From Eledone cirrhosa (taxonomy: Eukaryota), in NCBI GenBank assembly GCA_964016885.1, contig OZ024741.1:269886001-269950000 (forward strand): 64,000 nucleotides of DNA, read 5' to 3'. Position numbers and translations under genes: made by a program. The notes under the pieces were generated by a model that was not told where the DNA came from, did no database searches, and was given only the letters and a program-made list of their open reading frames with translations. Shown here piece after piece: positions 13,363 through 27,166 of this stretch (its first letter is position 1; each line of letters starts with the position of its first letter).

Positions 13363-13403
13363 CGTTGCTGACGATAGCTAATAAGCCTGAAACTAGTACA
13401 GTG
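13363..13403 (+). ncRNA. Minimal hammerhead (family E, right arm)
   Basis: CGTTG-CTGACGA-T-AGC taataa GCC-T-GAAA-CTAG-TA-CAGTG, with palindromic ACTAGT stem III and a GUA triplet. Confidence 0.7.
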
Positions 13404-13686
13404 TTCCTTTGTCAGTGTTGAACAAATGAGCAACGATGGTTGCTAGACACTGCACGGCTTAATTGGGGATGTTTGTTTACAAACACACCGAGCATTATAA
13501 TAAATGTTCGGTGAATCCATACGTACATATATATATATGTGTGCATGTATGTATATATATATATACATACTACTGTACGTCTGTATACATATATGTATGT
13601 ACGTATACATACTTATATTTAAGTAACAGCCGTACTAAGAGTGAGAAATGAAATTTCGTTTCATTTTTTCCGTTTATATATATATA

Positions 13687-14741
13687 TGCTTTTTCATAAT
13701 TACACGTGAAGGCGAACTAGCCAGTTTTAGAATTCCCTTTTTCGGATTATATTACTGTGAGAGCCCTGGTTTTCTGTTGAGCTCTGCTGATGAATGAAAT
13801 CCAACCGTGACCATCTCCACTGAAAGTTTTCATGAAATAGTCTTTTAAGACTATACAGAGCATTTGATGTTATTCCAAATTGAAGGATAAGTGTTTCAAA
13901 CTTTATTTTATCATGAGTTAAAGGTCTATAGATTTTTCCCTGGATTTTACTAAATTCTGTGGATGAATTTATATCCTGATTCTCTTTTGAGATGAGTTTG
14001 AGTTATTTTTCCTAAATCTTTCGTTAACTACTTTTCCCATCTTGACGTTATAGTCGCATATATGTTATAGAATGCCGTTAGCTTCTTGCTAAAACAATCT
14101 CTATACCTCTCATTTATATTTATACTCGGATTCTTTTCCTAGAGTGCTTAAACTATCTGTGACTAATCCCGATTTTTTTCATAAAAACTGTGATAATTAT
14201 TGCTATTTTGCTGAACTCCTTTTGTAGAGTTTTTTTCAGAATGTATTTGACTGCTATTTCTTGTAAATAAACATTCACTTCCATCCTGACGTCACTAGCC
14301 CCGTTTTTTCCTCATGTGCTTTTTCATAATTACACATGAAGGCGAACTAGCCAGTTTTAGAATTCCCTTTTTCGGATTATATTACTGTGAGAGCCCTGGT
14401 TTTCTGTTGAGCTCTGCTGATGAATGAAATCCAACCGTGACCATCTCCACTGAAAGTTTTCATGAAATAGTCTTTTAAGACTATACAGAGCATTTGATGT
14501 TATTCCAAATTGAAGGATAAGTGTTTCAAACTTTATTTTATCATGAGTTAAAGGTCTATAGATTTTTCCCTGGATTTTACTAAATTCTGTGGATGAATTT
14601 ATATCCTGATTCTCTTTTGAGATGAGTTTGAGTTATTTTTCCTAAATCTTTCGTTAACTACTTTTCCCATCTTGACGTTATAGTCGCATATATGTTATAG
14701 AATGCCGTTAGCTTCTTGCTAAAACAATCTCTATACCTCTC

Positions 14742-14747
<6 letters not shown>
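13687..14747. repeat. Near-identical ~430-bp direct duplication (13687-14117 and 14317-14747, offset 630)
   Basis: tgctttttcataattacac...ctatacctctcatttata occurs twice. Confidence 0.9.
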
Positions 14748-14821
<74 letters not shown>

Positions 14822-14827
<6 letters not shown>

Positions 14828-15045
14828 TAAAATAACAGATTAAATTTTAAGCAAAGAATCGCTGCTTTCACCCTTAACGGGATCTTCTGAAACTAAAAAA
14901 GTCAATCAGGGTGAAAGCAGCGATTCTTTGCTTAAACTTTAATCTGTTATTTTAATAAATATTTTCTCTACGGTTCTTATATATCTGATATATATTTATC
15001 CTCATCGAACCCTCTTTGGATTTTACTCTTCAAATTTATTACTAT

Positions 15046-15050
<5 letters not shown>
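14822..15050. mobile_element. Family A fold-back element; complete CAGAAGA hammerhead on minus strand at 14845-14894
   Basis: Left arm is the reverse complement of family A. The right arm restarts at agggtgaaagcag. (TA)n flanks. Confidence 0.75.
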
Positions 15051-15087
<37 letters not shown>

Positions 15088-15170
15088 GTTATTCCGGGTT
15101 GAATCGGAGGTAACTACAGTAAGTAAGGTACGCAATACATTGCAGAGTATAAAAGTTTTAATATAGATGA

Positions 15171-15217
15171 GATTCTACAGGACTAGAACTGTTTCATTCT
15201 TTAGAAATCATCAGGAA

Positions 15218-15219
<2 letters not shown>
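15171..15219 (-). ncRNA. Type I hammerhead ribozyme (family G, element 15088-15219)
   Basis: Minus strand: GATTC-CTGATGA-T-TTC taaa GAA-T-GAAA-CAG ttctagtc CTG-TA-GAATC. Canonical core, three stems, GUA triplet. Confidence 0.8.
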
Positions 15220-15258
<39 letters not shown>

Positions 15259-16358
15259 TGATATGGTTTATGAACACACCCATTGTGCGCTAACTGATAA
15301 CACAGCCTAATAGTCTGTCGAAAGCCCAACAAACTCCGCCGCAGCTATAAAGCGGGTGGCTTGGGCATCCGGGGTCCAGATAGCCTTGACCCTAGGGTGT
15401 GAGATAGATCTAACATAGTATAGTGAACTATGGGAGCAAATCGTGTGGGCTAGGTGCCGCAGAATCGATCAAGCCCCGTGGGAATGGGTAGTTGGACGCT
15501 GAGGGGTTCGAATCGAACAAATAACTTGCCCCAAACGTCCCGTGGATATCTAATGAATCCGCCCTTTATGACGCAATTGCCTCCCATACCTTTCATAAGC
15601 ACACTACGACTTCCTGAGTTTACATTCTGACAACCGTTGTGTGTTACTAGCGAGAGGCTAACTTTTGAAATTTTGAAATTGTTGAATATGAATTGTGCTG
15701 CAGATTTGATGAATTATAGAACCACACTGTACATATACCCTACCTTTCTTCAACTCATCGTACTTTATTTTATTTTAGATTTTAGGTGTTTATCGCGGAT
15801 AAATCCCCTGGGTATATGTTTTGGAAACATAGTGTTATCTCGCCTAACGCTTGGAACTGGAACGTAGGGTGCTGATATGATACGGAGAATCGACCTGTTA
15901 CAAGGCGATATAACTGGAGTGCACCATCCTTCCTATGGACAATCATACATGTAAAGCTGCACCACCGCTAACCAACTATTCTTCTCACAGACTCATGCTT
16001 GCAAGCTCTCTTAATCTGCCTGTACACCCTGTATTTGCACCCTGTATTTGCACTGCTTGTATCTATGCTTTGCTTTGTTTTGTTTTGTTTTTTTGTTTTT
16101 TATTGTTTTTTATTGTTTTTTATTGTTTTTGATCATGCGGAGTAACACCTTCACTCATTCCTTTCAACCCTCTCCCAATCTCCTTGTCATCTATTGCACC
16201 ATTTATGTGATGAATTTTTGATGGAGTTTTTGATGCAATTTTTTATGACATTTTATGACATTATGTGCGTCATGTATTGTGTCTTTTTCTGCTGGTCCTT
16301 TAACCTTGTTCTGGTGACGCAGTTGGAGCATGCAACTATTGATATACTCTTTTTTATA

Positions 16359-16405
16359 GGCTCTGATGATTCCTGCCATAGGGTATGGATGAAACACTGT
16401 TAGCT
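16359..16405 (+). ncRNA. Type I hammerhead followed by AATAAA
   Basis: GGCT-CTGATGA-T-TCC tgccatagggtat GGA-T-GAAA-CACTG-TT-AGCT-AATAAA. Confidence 0.7.
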
Positions 16406-16639
16406 AATAAAACAATGTATTTCTAAGCACTCTTTGGTTTCCTATAATTATAACGGCTCTGTAGTATACTAGTTATCCTACATTGAGCTAAAACCACACT
16501 GTCATACCAAGGGCAATATATCTGCGTGTCTGTGCATTGATATATTTGTCAATGAACTATATATATTTTTTTTTTTCTAACGATCGACTTTCGTCAAATC
16601 GGACCGAGGAAACAATGTTTCCGTTGGTCTTTCCAATTG

Positions 16640-16793
16640 CTAATACTATCTATCGGTCGCAACTCCAGGTAGAAGGAGCAACGTGAAATAAAGTGTCTTG
16701 CTCAAGGACATAACATATCGCCTGGTCCAGGAATCGAACTCACAACCTTACGATTGCGAATCCAATTCTCTAACCACTCAGCCACACGCCTTC
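16640..16793 (-). mobile_element. Second tRNA-derived SINE family
   Basis: Minus strand: gaaggcgtgtggctgagtggttaga (A box)..gagttcgattcc (B box)..ccttgagcaagacactt. Confidence 0.7.
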
Positions 16794-16917
16794 ACAAAAA
16801 AAAATATATATTTATATATATATATGTAAAAGTTCTATTTAAATTGTTGGGATACAACAAGCAAATATTTTTTATAACTGATATAAAGCACTCAACAAAT
16901 ATTTGGAGTAAAAATAC

Positions 16918-17240
16918 GATATTAACAAATGGAAACTATATTTATAAAACCATATTTATTTCATTATACATATTTCAAGGATACCAAGTTAAATTATGGT
17001 GTGCTTTGATCGGATAAAATATAATATAGATAAAATATAATATAGATCAGTTTTATAAATAAATATTGACATACCCTTAAAGAATGCATCTATCCGGGAG
17101 CTTCCAACAGCAATGGTTGCATTCTTTAAGGGTATGTCAATATTTATTTATAAAACTGATCTATATTATATTTTATCTGATGAAAGCACACCATAATTTA
17201 AAATATGGTTTTATAAATATAGTTTCCATTTGTTAATATC

Positions 17241-17241
<1 letters not shown>
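16918..17241. repeat. Fold-back element I (~125-bp arms with indels) ending at (TA)n
   Basis: cgatattaacaaatggaaactatatttataaa...cccttaaagaatgca is mirrored by tgcattctttaaggg...tttataaatatagtttccatttgttaatatcg. Confidence 0.7.
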
Positions 17242-17290
<49 letters not shown>

Positions 17291-17550
17291 AAATATATAT
17301 ATATATGTGGGGGGGGGGCGTGTGTGTATGTGTATATTTATTCATATATATGCGTGTGTGTATGCATGTGTATATATTATTGCATAGATAGGGGATGATG
17401 GTATATATATATATGTGTATATGTGTGTGCATATAGCAGTGCATAGAAGGGAAACGATGGTGTATATATATGTATAAATTTATATATATATATACATATA
17501 TATATACATATATATATACATATATATATACATATATGTATAAATATATG

Positions 17551-17583
<33 letters not shown>

Positions 17584-19720
17584 GTATATATATGTATATA
17601 TATATATATGTGTGTGTGTATATGTCGTTCATTGGTGGGGAACGATGGTGAATATACGAGCATCGACAGAAAAATTCATAAACTGACCACGGGTAAGATC
17701 CACCCGTTTATAAATATAATCGGATAAATGACTATCGTCTGTAAGAGCCAAAATATAAACAGAAGACCAACAAATCTAGAAAGATAAGCTTAGAAAACTT
17801 CAATATCTTTAGAGTTGATGATGCTGTATAAGTATTTGGATGAAGTACAAATAGTATTTTCTAATTGTGTTTTCTGAACTAATTTTACGCGGTCTTCTTC
17901 TCTGTGTTAGACTGTGACCTAGTTCCAATGTTTACGTCAGCAAGAAACTAAAATACGCAAAGTTAAAAGTCTTGGCCATCAGCCAAATCTCATCCAAAAC
18001 ACACTCGATCATCTTTTTTCAAAAAAAAAGGGGGGGGCATTTAATATAATGTATTCCTTGGCAGGGTGGGGGTAGATTTAGACTTTAGGGGACCCGGTGC
18101 ACTTCAGGTTTCAGGGGCCTTCCATACACAGAAAATTAGAATACACAGCAAACCCCTCGATTTTACATATCAAAGTTAGCTTGGCGCAAGTAATTCAAAA
18201 ATTCTAACTATCCTAAAACTAAAAGGCCCACTGAGGGCACAAATAAATTGCTATAGCTGTTGCTGGTGGAGCCTCCCACTGCAGGGGATGGGGCAATTGT
18301 CCCCTTTATTCCCCATTAAATGTGGCGACGTTCCTGGGTACAGTATGTTTGGATATAAAACTGAATAGTCATGGGGCTGGAATGCTTTTCAACATAGTTC
18401 AATTATATACGAAAACACAGTGGTTGGATGCTGACCCAAGTGACAAACTTTATATCTCGAAATTATATATATAGAATTCTATATACACTGCAGAAACGAA
18501 AATACATCCCCACATCATCTATTGAACAATTTGTCTCATCTACTGATAGGATATCAAAAGCGTTGCCGCGAAAAACAGCCAACGATATCCACTACATCAA
18601 TCACTCTACTTCAAAAAGTTCTTTACTCATGTGTGACACGTTCATCCCAATTTGTTGGAGAAGAACAACAGTCCAGAGACCGACAACAGCGGAGATCTCA
18701 GCAGCGTCCAACACAGGGAAATCCTGATGATTGTACACTCAACGTCGAGAAGTGCGTCGGGCATCGGAAAATGCACCTTATTGAGGCAAACGCTGCTGTT
18801 TGGTTACGGTACAGTCCGAGGAGAACTGAGATTGTGTTGGTCGAGGTATAACTGAATCCTCAGCTTGGTAAAAGTAAATTTGATATTTTCTCTATCGTGT
18901 TGATTAGCTGCATTTTAGGAGACAGTGAGGCAATCATGAAGTCAAAGATATCATGCAGTCTCGTATACATGACCTACATGAAGCTTAGGCACAGGATATA
19001 AACCTAGACAAGAGGCCGTGGTAGTCCACAGGCTTGGAATTTAAAACAGAGACTGTAATATTTTCGATTACATGAAACTACTAGAGACTGCAACAAAAAT
19101 ATATAATTAAATATGAAAAGTCTTCACTTCCGCTTTAGACTTTTTATCATTCATATTATGTCTATGGCTTTAAACTCTACAACGTATCATCGATAATAAC
19201 GTCCAATTCAAAGACTTCTGTCCTGTGCAGTTGTTTCCTCAATACATAACTCTCCAACTACATATAACCTACAGCAGTAGAACGCATCACTTTAACCTAC
19301 TGAAACTCGTAGGCTTTGTACAATGGTTTCCGTCCTGGAAGAGAATGATGAAATAAATGTCTCCAGAATTGATAAACGGAACAAAAGACAGCAAATTATA
19401 TAATATTAGTGAATATAGGAAATAGTATTTGCTACATGGCTTTTTTTTCTTTCGTTTGAGTTTTTTTTTTTTTCTTTTCCTTATTATATTTATTTGTATC
19501 AAAATGCCCTTATCCTCTTTTGAGATATTTTAGTAACACTACACTAGCTACTTTTCAAGAACATTCTAATTGTAGCAGTTTTCTTATTTCGTGGTGCTTC
19601 TGCTAAATACTACCTTTTAATGTCTCCTATAGTTAGTGTAGTCTTAAATGCAAATATTCTTTTTCTTTTCTTTTCTTTTTTTTCTTCTTTTTACTTGCTT
19701 TAATTGTTTGTTTATCTCTC

Positions 19721-19870
<150 letters not shown>

Positions 19871-20371
19871 TATGCATATATATATATATATATATATACA
19901 TATATATAAATATATATATAAATATATATATATATATATGCATATATATATATATATACATATATATAAATATATATATAAATATATATATATGTGTATG
20001 TGTACATATATACATACATATATATGTGTGTATGTGCATACACACACACATACACATATATATATATATATATTTTTTATCCTGTCTATTTTTATTGGTT
20101 GATTTAACTTCCAGTTGATTACAGGATAACTATAACGTATTACTGGAATAGCTTAACTGCTGCTGTCTACGCTCTCATGTCAAAACTACCATGTGTTGGA
20201 CATCTAACGAATTAATGTTCATTGTATTTGACTACGCAGCCTTAATTAAAACAGAACCACACAATAATAATATACTTGAGCGCTTCATGCATTGGAGTAT
20301 TTCTATTTTTTAATATAGTCACGATGCAAAAAAAGATCTTGTTGTCTGAATCGATCACAATATATTTCGGT

Positions 20372-21480
20372 AGATTTGGCAGTATCGGTAGAGCATCAAA
20401 CACCATGCTTTGCAGCATAGAGTTATGGCCCTTTACATTATGATCTGCGTTCAAATCCCGTTGAGGTTAACTTTACCTTTCATCCTTACGTGGTCGATAA
20501 AATAAAGCACCAGTAATGCACTGATTTAATCGACTTTCCCCGCCTCCCCCAAATTGTTGGCCTTGTGCCTAAATCAGAAACCATTATATTTCAGTGAATT
20601 GGCAGTATCGGTAGAGCGCTAGACACCATGCTTTTCAGCATAGAGTTATGGCCCTTTACATTCTGATCTGAGTTATATTTCAGAGGATTGGCAGTAACCG
20701 GTTGAGCGTCGGACAATATGCTTTGCGGCAGAGTTACGGCCATTTAAGCTCTGAGTTCAAATCCAGCCGAGGTTAACTTTGCCTTTCATCCTTACGGAGT
20801 CAATAAAATAAAGCACCAGTAATGTACTGAGATCGATTTAATCGACTTTCGCCTCGCCCAAAATTGCTGGCCTTGTACCAAATGTAAAAACAATTATATT
20901 ACGTCGGTAAGGGTGATCGACTGACAGAATCGATAACACATCGAGGAAAAAGCTGTGCGGAATTTACCCCGGTTCTTAACATTCTGAGTTCAAATCGCGT
21001 CGCTGAAGCCAAGTGTACCTATCGTCCTTCCAAGATTCGTAAGATAAAATACCAATCTATACTGGGGTCAATGTAATAGAGCCTCCCTCCCTCCCTCCCA
21101 AATTGCCTAAATTAGAAATCATTGTTAATATTTCTATACTTGTTATCAAGGCGGCAAATTGGCAGAGTCGTTAGAACGTCGTATAGAATCCTTTGTGGTA
21201 TTTATTCCGGCCCTCTGCTCTCGGAGTTCAAATCCCACCGAGGTCAACTTTGCCTTTCATCCTTTCGAAGTCGATAAAAAAAAGTACCAGTCAAGTATTG
21301 GGATAGAATCTTCCTCTATTTCTCTTTCTCGCTTCCTCTCTCTCACTTTCTATCCTTCTCTGGAAGAAAGCTGCTATACTCCAGCCAGAAGAGAGATGGG
21401 CTCCACCAGACTTAAAAATGCCCAAGAAACGCTCCTACGACTCTATCAGGAATTACGGGACCATACATACTTGTTATCAA
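20372..21480 (+). mobile_element. Tandem cluster of ~5 tRNA-derived SINE copies
   Basis: Repeated A-box, B-box and central block. Confidence 0.85.
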
Positions 21481-21799
21481 CCTTCAGGTGATAGAATGCA
21501 AAATTTACTTCGATGTGATTTGAGCACGGAACTCTGGAAGACGGAATTAAATGTTTAAAATAATTTACCATTTTTACCGCTGCATTGCTTTTATAAGTCT
21601 ATCGATCTCTTCGATCAACACAATGCTACGCATTTGTAGAGTGGGGGTTACATTAATTGAATTTCCGCATCGTTGTTAATCACTATTCATTATTATACTG
21701 ACGTTGAAGGAAAGAAAGGGATGATTCTAAGCTAGTATGGCGCTCTGCCGATTCTGTGAGTTTCGTGCATGCATGAATGGTCCCGTAACTACTGAGACT

Positions 21800-22107
21800 C
21801 CAGTCGCAACCTGGTGCGGTCTGTGACTAACCCAGGTTCTGCTGCATGTCGGGCTGAGGAGGCCAAACTCTCCAAATACCGGTCGCTCTCCGACAGGTTT
21901 GCGGTCGTACACTTGGCGGTGGAGACTTCTGGTGTCCTTGGCTCTAGGGCTACCTCCCTACTCACCACCATAGGCGCTGAGCTGACCAGCCGCAGGTGTG
22001 AGCCTCGTGAGTTGGAATGGCTCTTCCAGCGCGTCTCCTTTGCCGTCCTCCGGGGAAACGCCTTGTCCATTCTATCCGCCGGGGCTGTGGGGAGGCCATC
22101 AATATGA
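21800..22107 (+). mobile_element. CRE-like non-LTR retrotransposon, RLE C-terminal fragment
   Basis: AEEAKLSKY..LAVETSGVLG..LFQRVSFAVLRGNA matches the K..KY / A.ET.G..G / QR.S...RGNA pattern of CRE-type endonuclease ends. Confidence 0.65.
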
Positions 22108-22149
22108 GTGACTGACTTGACATAAAGTAGAAAAAGGAAGAGGCTATGT

Positions 22150-22550
22150 AGCCAGTAAGAGTGTCAGACTACTGACGCGTAGGGGCACTGCGTTGAAATA
22201 CGGTATTTCTAGAGCATTGTTTTAAAGTCTGGCAGAACTCTATCCTCTCCAGGTCTGAATACAACAGATTTCTTATACAGAAGGATAGAGAGGAAGTGAG
22301 AAAGTGATATAGAGAAAAAAATGACCCTAATACATGATTGGTACTTCTTTTATCGACTTCGAATGAATGAAAGGCAAAGTTGACTTTGGCGGGATTTGAA
22401 CTGAGAAAGCAGAGAGACGAAACCCACACCGCAAGGTATTCTATCTGATGTTCTAACGACTCGGCCAATTCGCCGTCTGTGAACTTCGTATCTGATATTT
22501 ATTTCTAACAAAGCAAAGTTGACTTTGAAAGGATTTGAAGTATAAATGTC
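22150..22550 (-). mobile_element. tRNA-derived SINE(s)
   Basis: Reverse complement of the ggcgaattggccgagtcgttaga..agttcaaatcccgcc family. Confidence 0.75.
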
Positions 22551-22573
22551 TGAAACTAACTGCGGGCAAAACC

Positions 22574-23975
22574 ATGAACACCACAACATCCACTGTCACC
22601 ACGACGACCACAACCACCACCATCACCATCACTACCACTACCACCACCATCACCATCACTACCACTACCACCGCCACCACTATCACAACATCCACCACCA
22701 CTACCACCACCACCACCGTCACTACCACTACCAACAACGCCACCATCAACACCACCACCATTACCATCACTACCACAACGTCCACCACCATCACTACCAC
22801 CACAACATCCACCACCACCGCGACGACCGCTACCACCGCCACCATCACCATCACTGCCACAACGTCCACCACCACTACCACCACCATCACCATCACTACC
22901 ACTACCACCACCATCACCATCACTACCACTACCACAACCATCACTACCACTACCACTACCACCACCACCACCACTAATATCACCACCACCGTCACCACGA
23001 ACACCACAACCACCACCATCACCATCACTACCACCGCCACCACTAATACCACCACCACCATCATTACCACCACCACTACCACTCCCACCACCATCACTAC
23101 CACTACCACGACCATCACCATCACTACCACTATCACTACTAATATCACCACCACCATCACCATCACTACCACTACCACCACCATCACCACCACTACCACA
23201 ACGTCCACCACCACTACCACCGCCATCACCATCACTACCACTACCACCAACACCACCAATATCACCACCAACATCACCACCACCACCAATATCAACAACA
23301 CCACCACCATCACCATCACTACCACAACGTCCACCACCACTACCACTACCAATACATCCACCACAACATCCACTATCACCACCGCCACCATCACTATCAC
23401 TACCACTACCACCACCACCACTAATATCACCACCATCATCACCATCACTACCACTACCACCACCACCACCACCACTACCACTACCACCACTACCACTACC
23501 AACACAACCACCACAACATCTACCATCACCACCACCACCACCATCATCACCATCACTACCACTACCACCACCACTACCACCACCACCACCACCAATATCA
23601 CCACTACCACCTTCACCATCACTACCACTACCACTACCACCACCACCACCAATATCACCACCACCACCTTCACCATCACTACCACTACCAACATCACCAC
23701 CAATATCACCACCACCACCTTCACCATCACTACCACCACCACCACCACCACCAATATCACCACCACCACCTTCACCATCACTACCACCACAAAATCCACC
23801 ACTACCACAACGTCCACCATCATCACCACCACCAATATCAACACCACCATCACCAATATCACCATCACCATCACTACCACCACCACCACCACCACCACCA
23901 CCACCACCACCACCACCACCACCACCACCACCGCCACCACCACCAATATCAACACCACCAACAACAACAACAACA
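22574..23975. repeat. Degenerate (ACC/ACT/ATC)n trinucleotide repeat
   Basis: Low-complexity CAC/CAT/TAC runs. Confidence 0.95.
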
Positions 23976-24546
23976 CTATGTTTCTGTCGGGTTCAATCTC
24001 TGTGCCTGGCTGTATTATTTATAAATATGTACATCGAGACATCGTTACAATAACAGTAGGTTTGTAAATCCAGCAAATGCACAGTCTATCAATAGCTAAC
24101 TTTAGAACATTAGATATTTTATCAGAGAGAATTTTATTACAAAACCGAATGAAAATATTTACGATAATTAACTAAAAGTCAAAGTCTTTCTTGAGCCGTG
24201 GGACTATCAAGCCGGTGTTTATCCCGCTTCTCGGGGCGTTAAACGATTGAGAGTACAAGATTTCATCCTGGATATGACACCAGTCCATTGCAGAGTTAAA
24301 TTCCCCCAGCCATTGCTGGTACTCATTTTTAGTTGAGTATACAGGAGCAACATGAACTGAAGTGTTTTACTCAAGGACACAACACACAACCCAGTCAAGG
24401 AATCAAACCCACAGGATAGTTATAGACATGGTTAAAATATTATATATTATTTGTGTCAGGATCAGGACCGGACTTTCACCAGGTGTGGCCCAAAGCTATA
24501 TGAAAATTCGGGTTAAATAATTGTGTTTTTATATTAATACTATGGA

Positions 24547-24810
24547 AGGCGGCGAATTGGTAGATTCGTTAGAACGTCAGATAGAATGCTTTGCGGTATT
24601 CGGTCCAGCTCTCTGCTCTCTCAGTTCAAATCCCGCCGATGTCAACTTTGCATCTCATCCTTTCGAGGTCGATAAAAGGACAATTCCTGTACGGTAATCG
24701 ATTCTTTCTCTCACTGTCTCTAGAAGAAATCTAGTGTATTCAGACCTGGAGAGGAATGGGCTTAGACAGGCTTTTAATGCCCCCTTCAGGAGTTACGAAA
24801 CCATGCATGC
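24547..24810 (+). mobile_element. tRNA-derived SINE
   Basis: ggcggcgaattggtagattcgttaga..agttcaaatcccgcc..catcctttcgaggtcgataaaag. Confidence 0.8.
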
Positions 24811-24873
24811 GTTTAATGTTAATGGTAAGCAATAAATATATATACATATATATATGTATATATATTTATTGCT

Positions 24874-24909
<36 letters not shown>

Positions 24910-25337
24910 AGAAGCGAAAGGAGCTGTGTAGTTACTGTAAACAAAGTTTAAGATGGTAGTATGGACGAAACAAGAGAAGAAAAGAAATCCTTCATCAGCT
25001 GTAAACCAAGATCAAGATGTTTCGGCTCTTATATATATATATGATGATGGCTTCCCCCTCGTTATCGAGTATGGCCATTGCACGAGTTCTTCCGCCATTT
25101 GTCAGGTTTTGTTTTTTGTTCTGCAGGGTGTCCAAAATCACCCTCCTCACCAAGTAAACTTGGTGGGGTTGCAGGTTTAGTCGCCGATGACCCAACCATA
25201 CGACAGGTTGTACTGGGTTACATGTTACCAGTAGCACTCAAGAGTGACACGACATATACATACATACATACGTATACATACATACACACACACACACACA
25301 ACACACACGCACACACACACGCACACACACACACGCA

Positions 25338-25448
<111 letters not shown>

Positions 25449-25839
25449 TGATGATTTGGTGTTAAAAATTAAAACTTAATGATAAAATGAATATATATTT
25501 TTCTAAATGAGGTTCCCAGTGGGTGAGGTCTTAAGCTACAGCTTATTTATTGTATAGGTAAGTCCAGCACTGGTCAGGGTTGTACAATAAATTCACTGGG
25601 ATTGTATAACCCGAGGCTGTTACTGCATTCTTCTAAGACAGGGGAAATATGAAGCGGTTTACGTGATTACTGGTTGTCATCAGATAACCCCGGAGATTTG
25701 AGAGTGGTACTTGTACTGAGTCTGTGAAACAAATACATGTACACCAGGTCCAAACATAAAAGAACCAAACTCCCACTGTCACTGTTTCCGTCTTTCCTGC
25801 TCTCCCCATCTCTCACTATTATGAGCAAATGGGGGCCCA

Positions 25840-26150
25840 CGCGCTGGCCGCCCCGCAGCCCCGGTGAACAGAATAGAGAAAGCGTTTCCCCGGAGGATTG
25901 TGAGTGAGATGTGCTGGGAGAGCCATACCAACTCACAAAGCCCACACATGCGGGTAGCCAACTCTGTTCCAATGGTGGTGATCAGGAAGGTGGTCCTAGT
26001 GTCAAGGACACCGGACGTGTCCACTGCCACGGGCTCGACCGCAAACTTATCTGAGAGCGACTGATATTTGGAGAGTTTACCTTCCTCGGCCCAAAGTGCA
26101 GCAGAGCCTGGGTTAGGTGTACAAGAGTTTGTCACTACAACCCATGATAT
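25840..26150 (-). mobile_element. CRE-like RLE fragment, second copy
   Basis: NPGSAALWAEEGKLSKY..PVAVDTSGVL..ILRGNAFSIL, homologous to 21814-22107. Confidence 0.65.
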
Positions 26151-27166
26151 ACATCTCATTTAAGTTCTTCTCATCTGTCCGTCTATCTCTCCAGCCGACG
26201 CAGGCCCAGAACTCTGAATTCTGGGCACCATATAGACATTGAGCCGATTGCTGCAGCTACAGTGGTGTCATGTGAAATACCACCATTCCGTGAGATGTAG
26301 TATTAGTTCCCCAGTCATCTGTGCTGATGTGTCCTATGCTGGTGTCAGAGCCCGAGGGTATGTATGTATGTATGCATGTATGTATGTATGTATGGTATCC
26401 AATGATGTTGACTTGTTCTTCTTTTTGGTAAATATCATCTTGATTAAGAGAGTGGGACTGGCTTTGTGCAGTGCCTTTGCTCACTATAAAAACTTCACGG
26501 CACAGACATTGCTTTATATCTGGAGATCTCTCTGCACTTGTCGTCACATGGTACGATGGGCCCAGCACTATGTGTCAATAATTGTCACAAGTGTACTGTT
26601 TGTACCAGAGTTTTCAAGTCGCTGGCTGGACTAAAAAGTCACACTCGTTCAGCGCATTGGTAGGGGTTTTCCTACATGGATATAAAGTAGTGGCCGTACT
26701 CGAAAACGAGTTGGCAGCCACCATGTATGTATGTATGTATGTATGTATGTATGTATATTTGTATTATGTATGTATGTATGTATGTATGTATGTATGTATG
26801 TATGTATGTATGTATGTATGTATGTATGTATGTATGTATGTGTGTATGTGTGTATAGATATGTTTATGTGAGTGCGTGGATGTGTATATATATATATGTA
26901 TATGTATATTATTATTGTTGTTGTCGTTATTATTATTGTTGTTATTATTGGCAACCTACGTAGTAAATCGTATCATCGTGAGCTCCGCAAAGGTTTGTTA
27001 TTTTCAGTTATTTAAAATTGCCATTTATGGAAAATGTTTATTGTTAACTGTATATAAGTGTACATACATTGATTTCTGAAAAGGACACTCAAAAATATTG
27101 GGGCCTTGAGCCAAAAATTTAAACTTTTTATAATTATCAAACAAAAAGTTTTTTCTTTGAAAAATA

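Larger units (their letters stand above)
12913..13675. mobile_element. Family E large fold-back element (~320-bp arms, ~60-bp spacer, tail), with a hammerhead in each arm
   Basis: 12913-13237 is the reverse complement of 13296-13616 with scattered substitutions. (TA)n on both flanks. Confidence 0.8.

Noticed and set aside
13786-13800. CTGATGAATGAAA hammerhead-like string (also in the duplicate)
   Set aside because: No stem II and no pairing for stem I or III.
18060-18330. Possible non-autonomous DNA transposon with GC-rich ends
   Set aside because: Termini too decayed to define TIRs or a TSD.
18724-18775. CTGATGA...GAAA string
   Set aside because: Stem II does not abut GAAA, and there is no UH or stem I closure.
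22453-24067. 500-aa poly-Thr/poly-Val ORFs (mucin-like); likewise 38549-40062 and 48244-49651
   Set aside because: Open on both strands because trinucleotide repeats lack stops. No splice or domain evidence.
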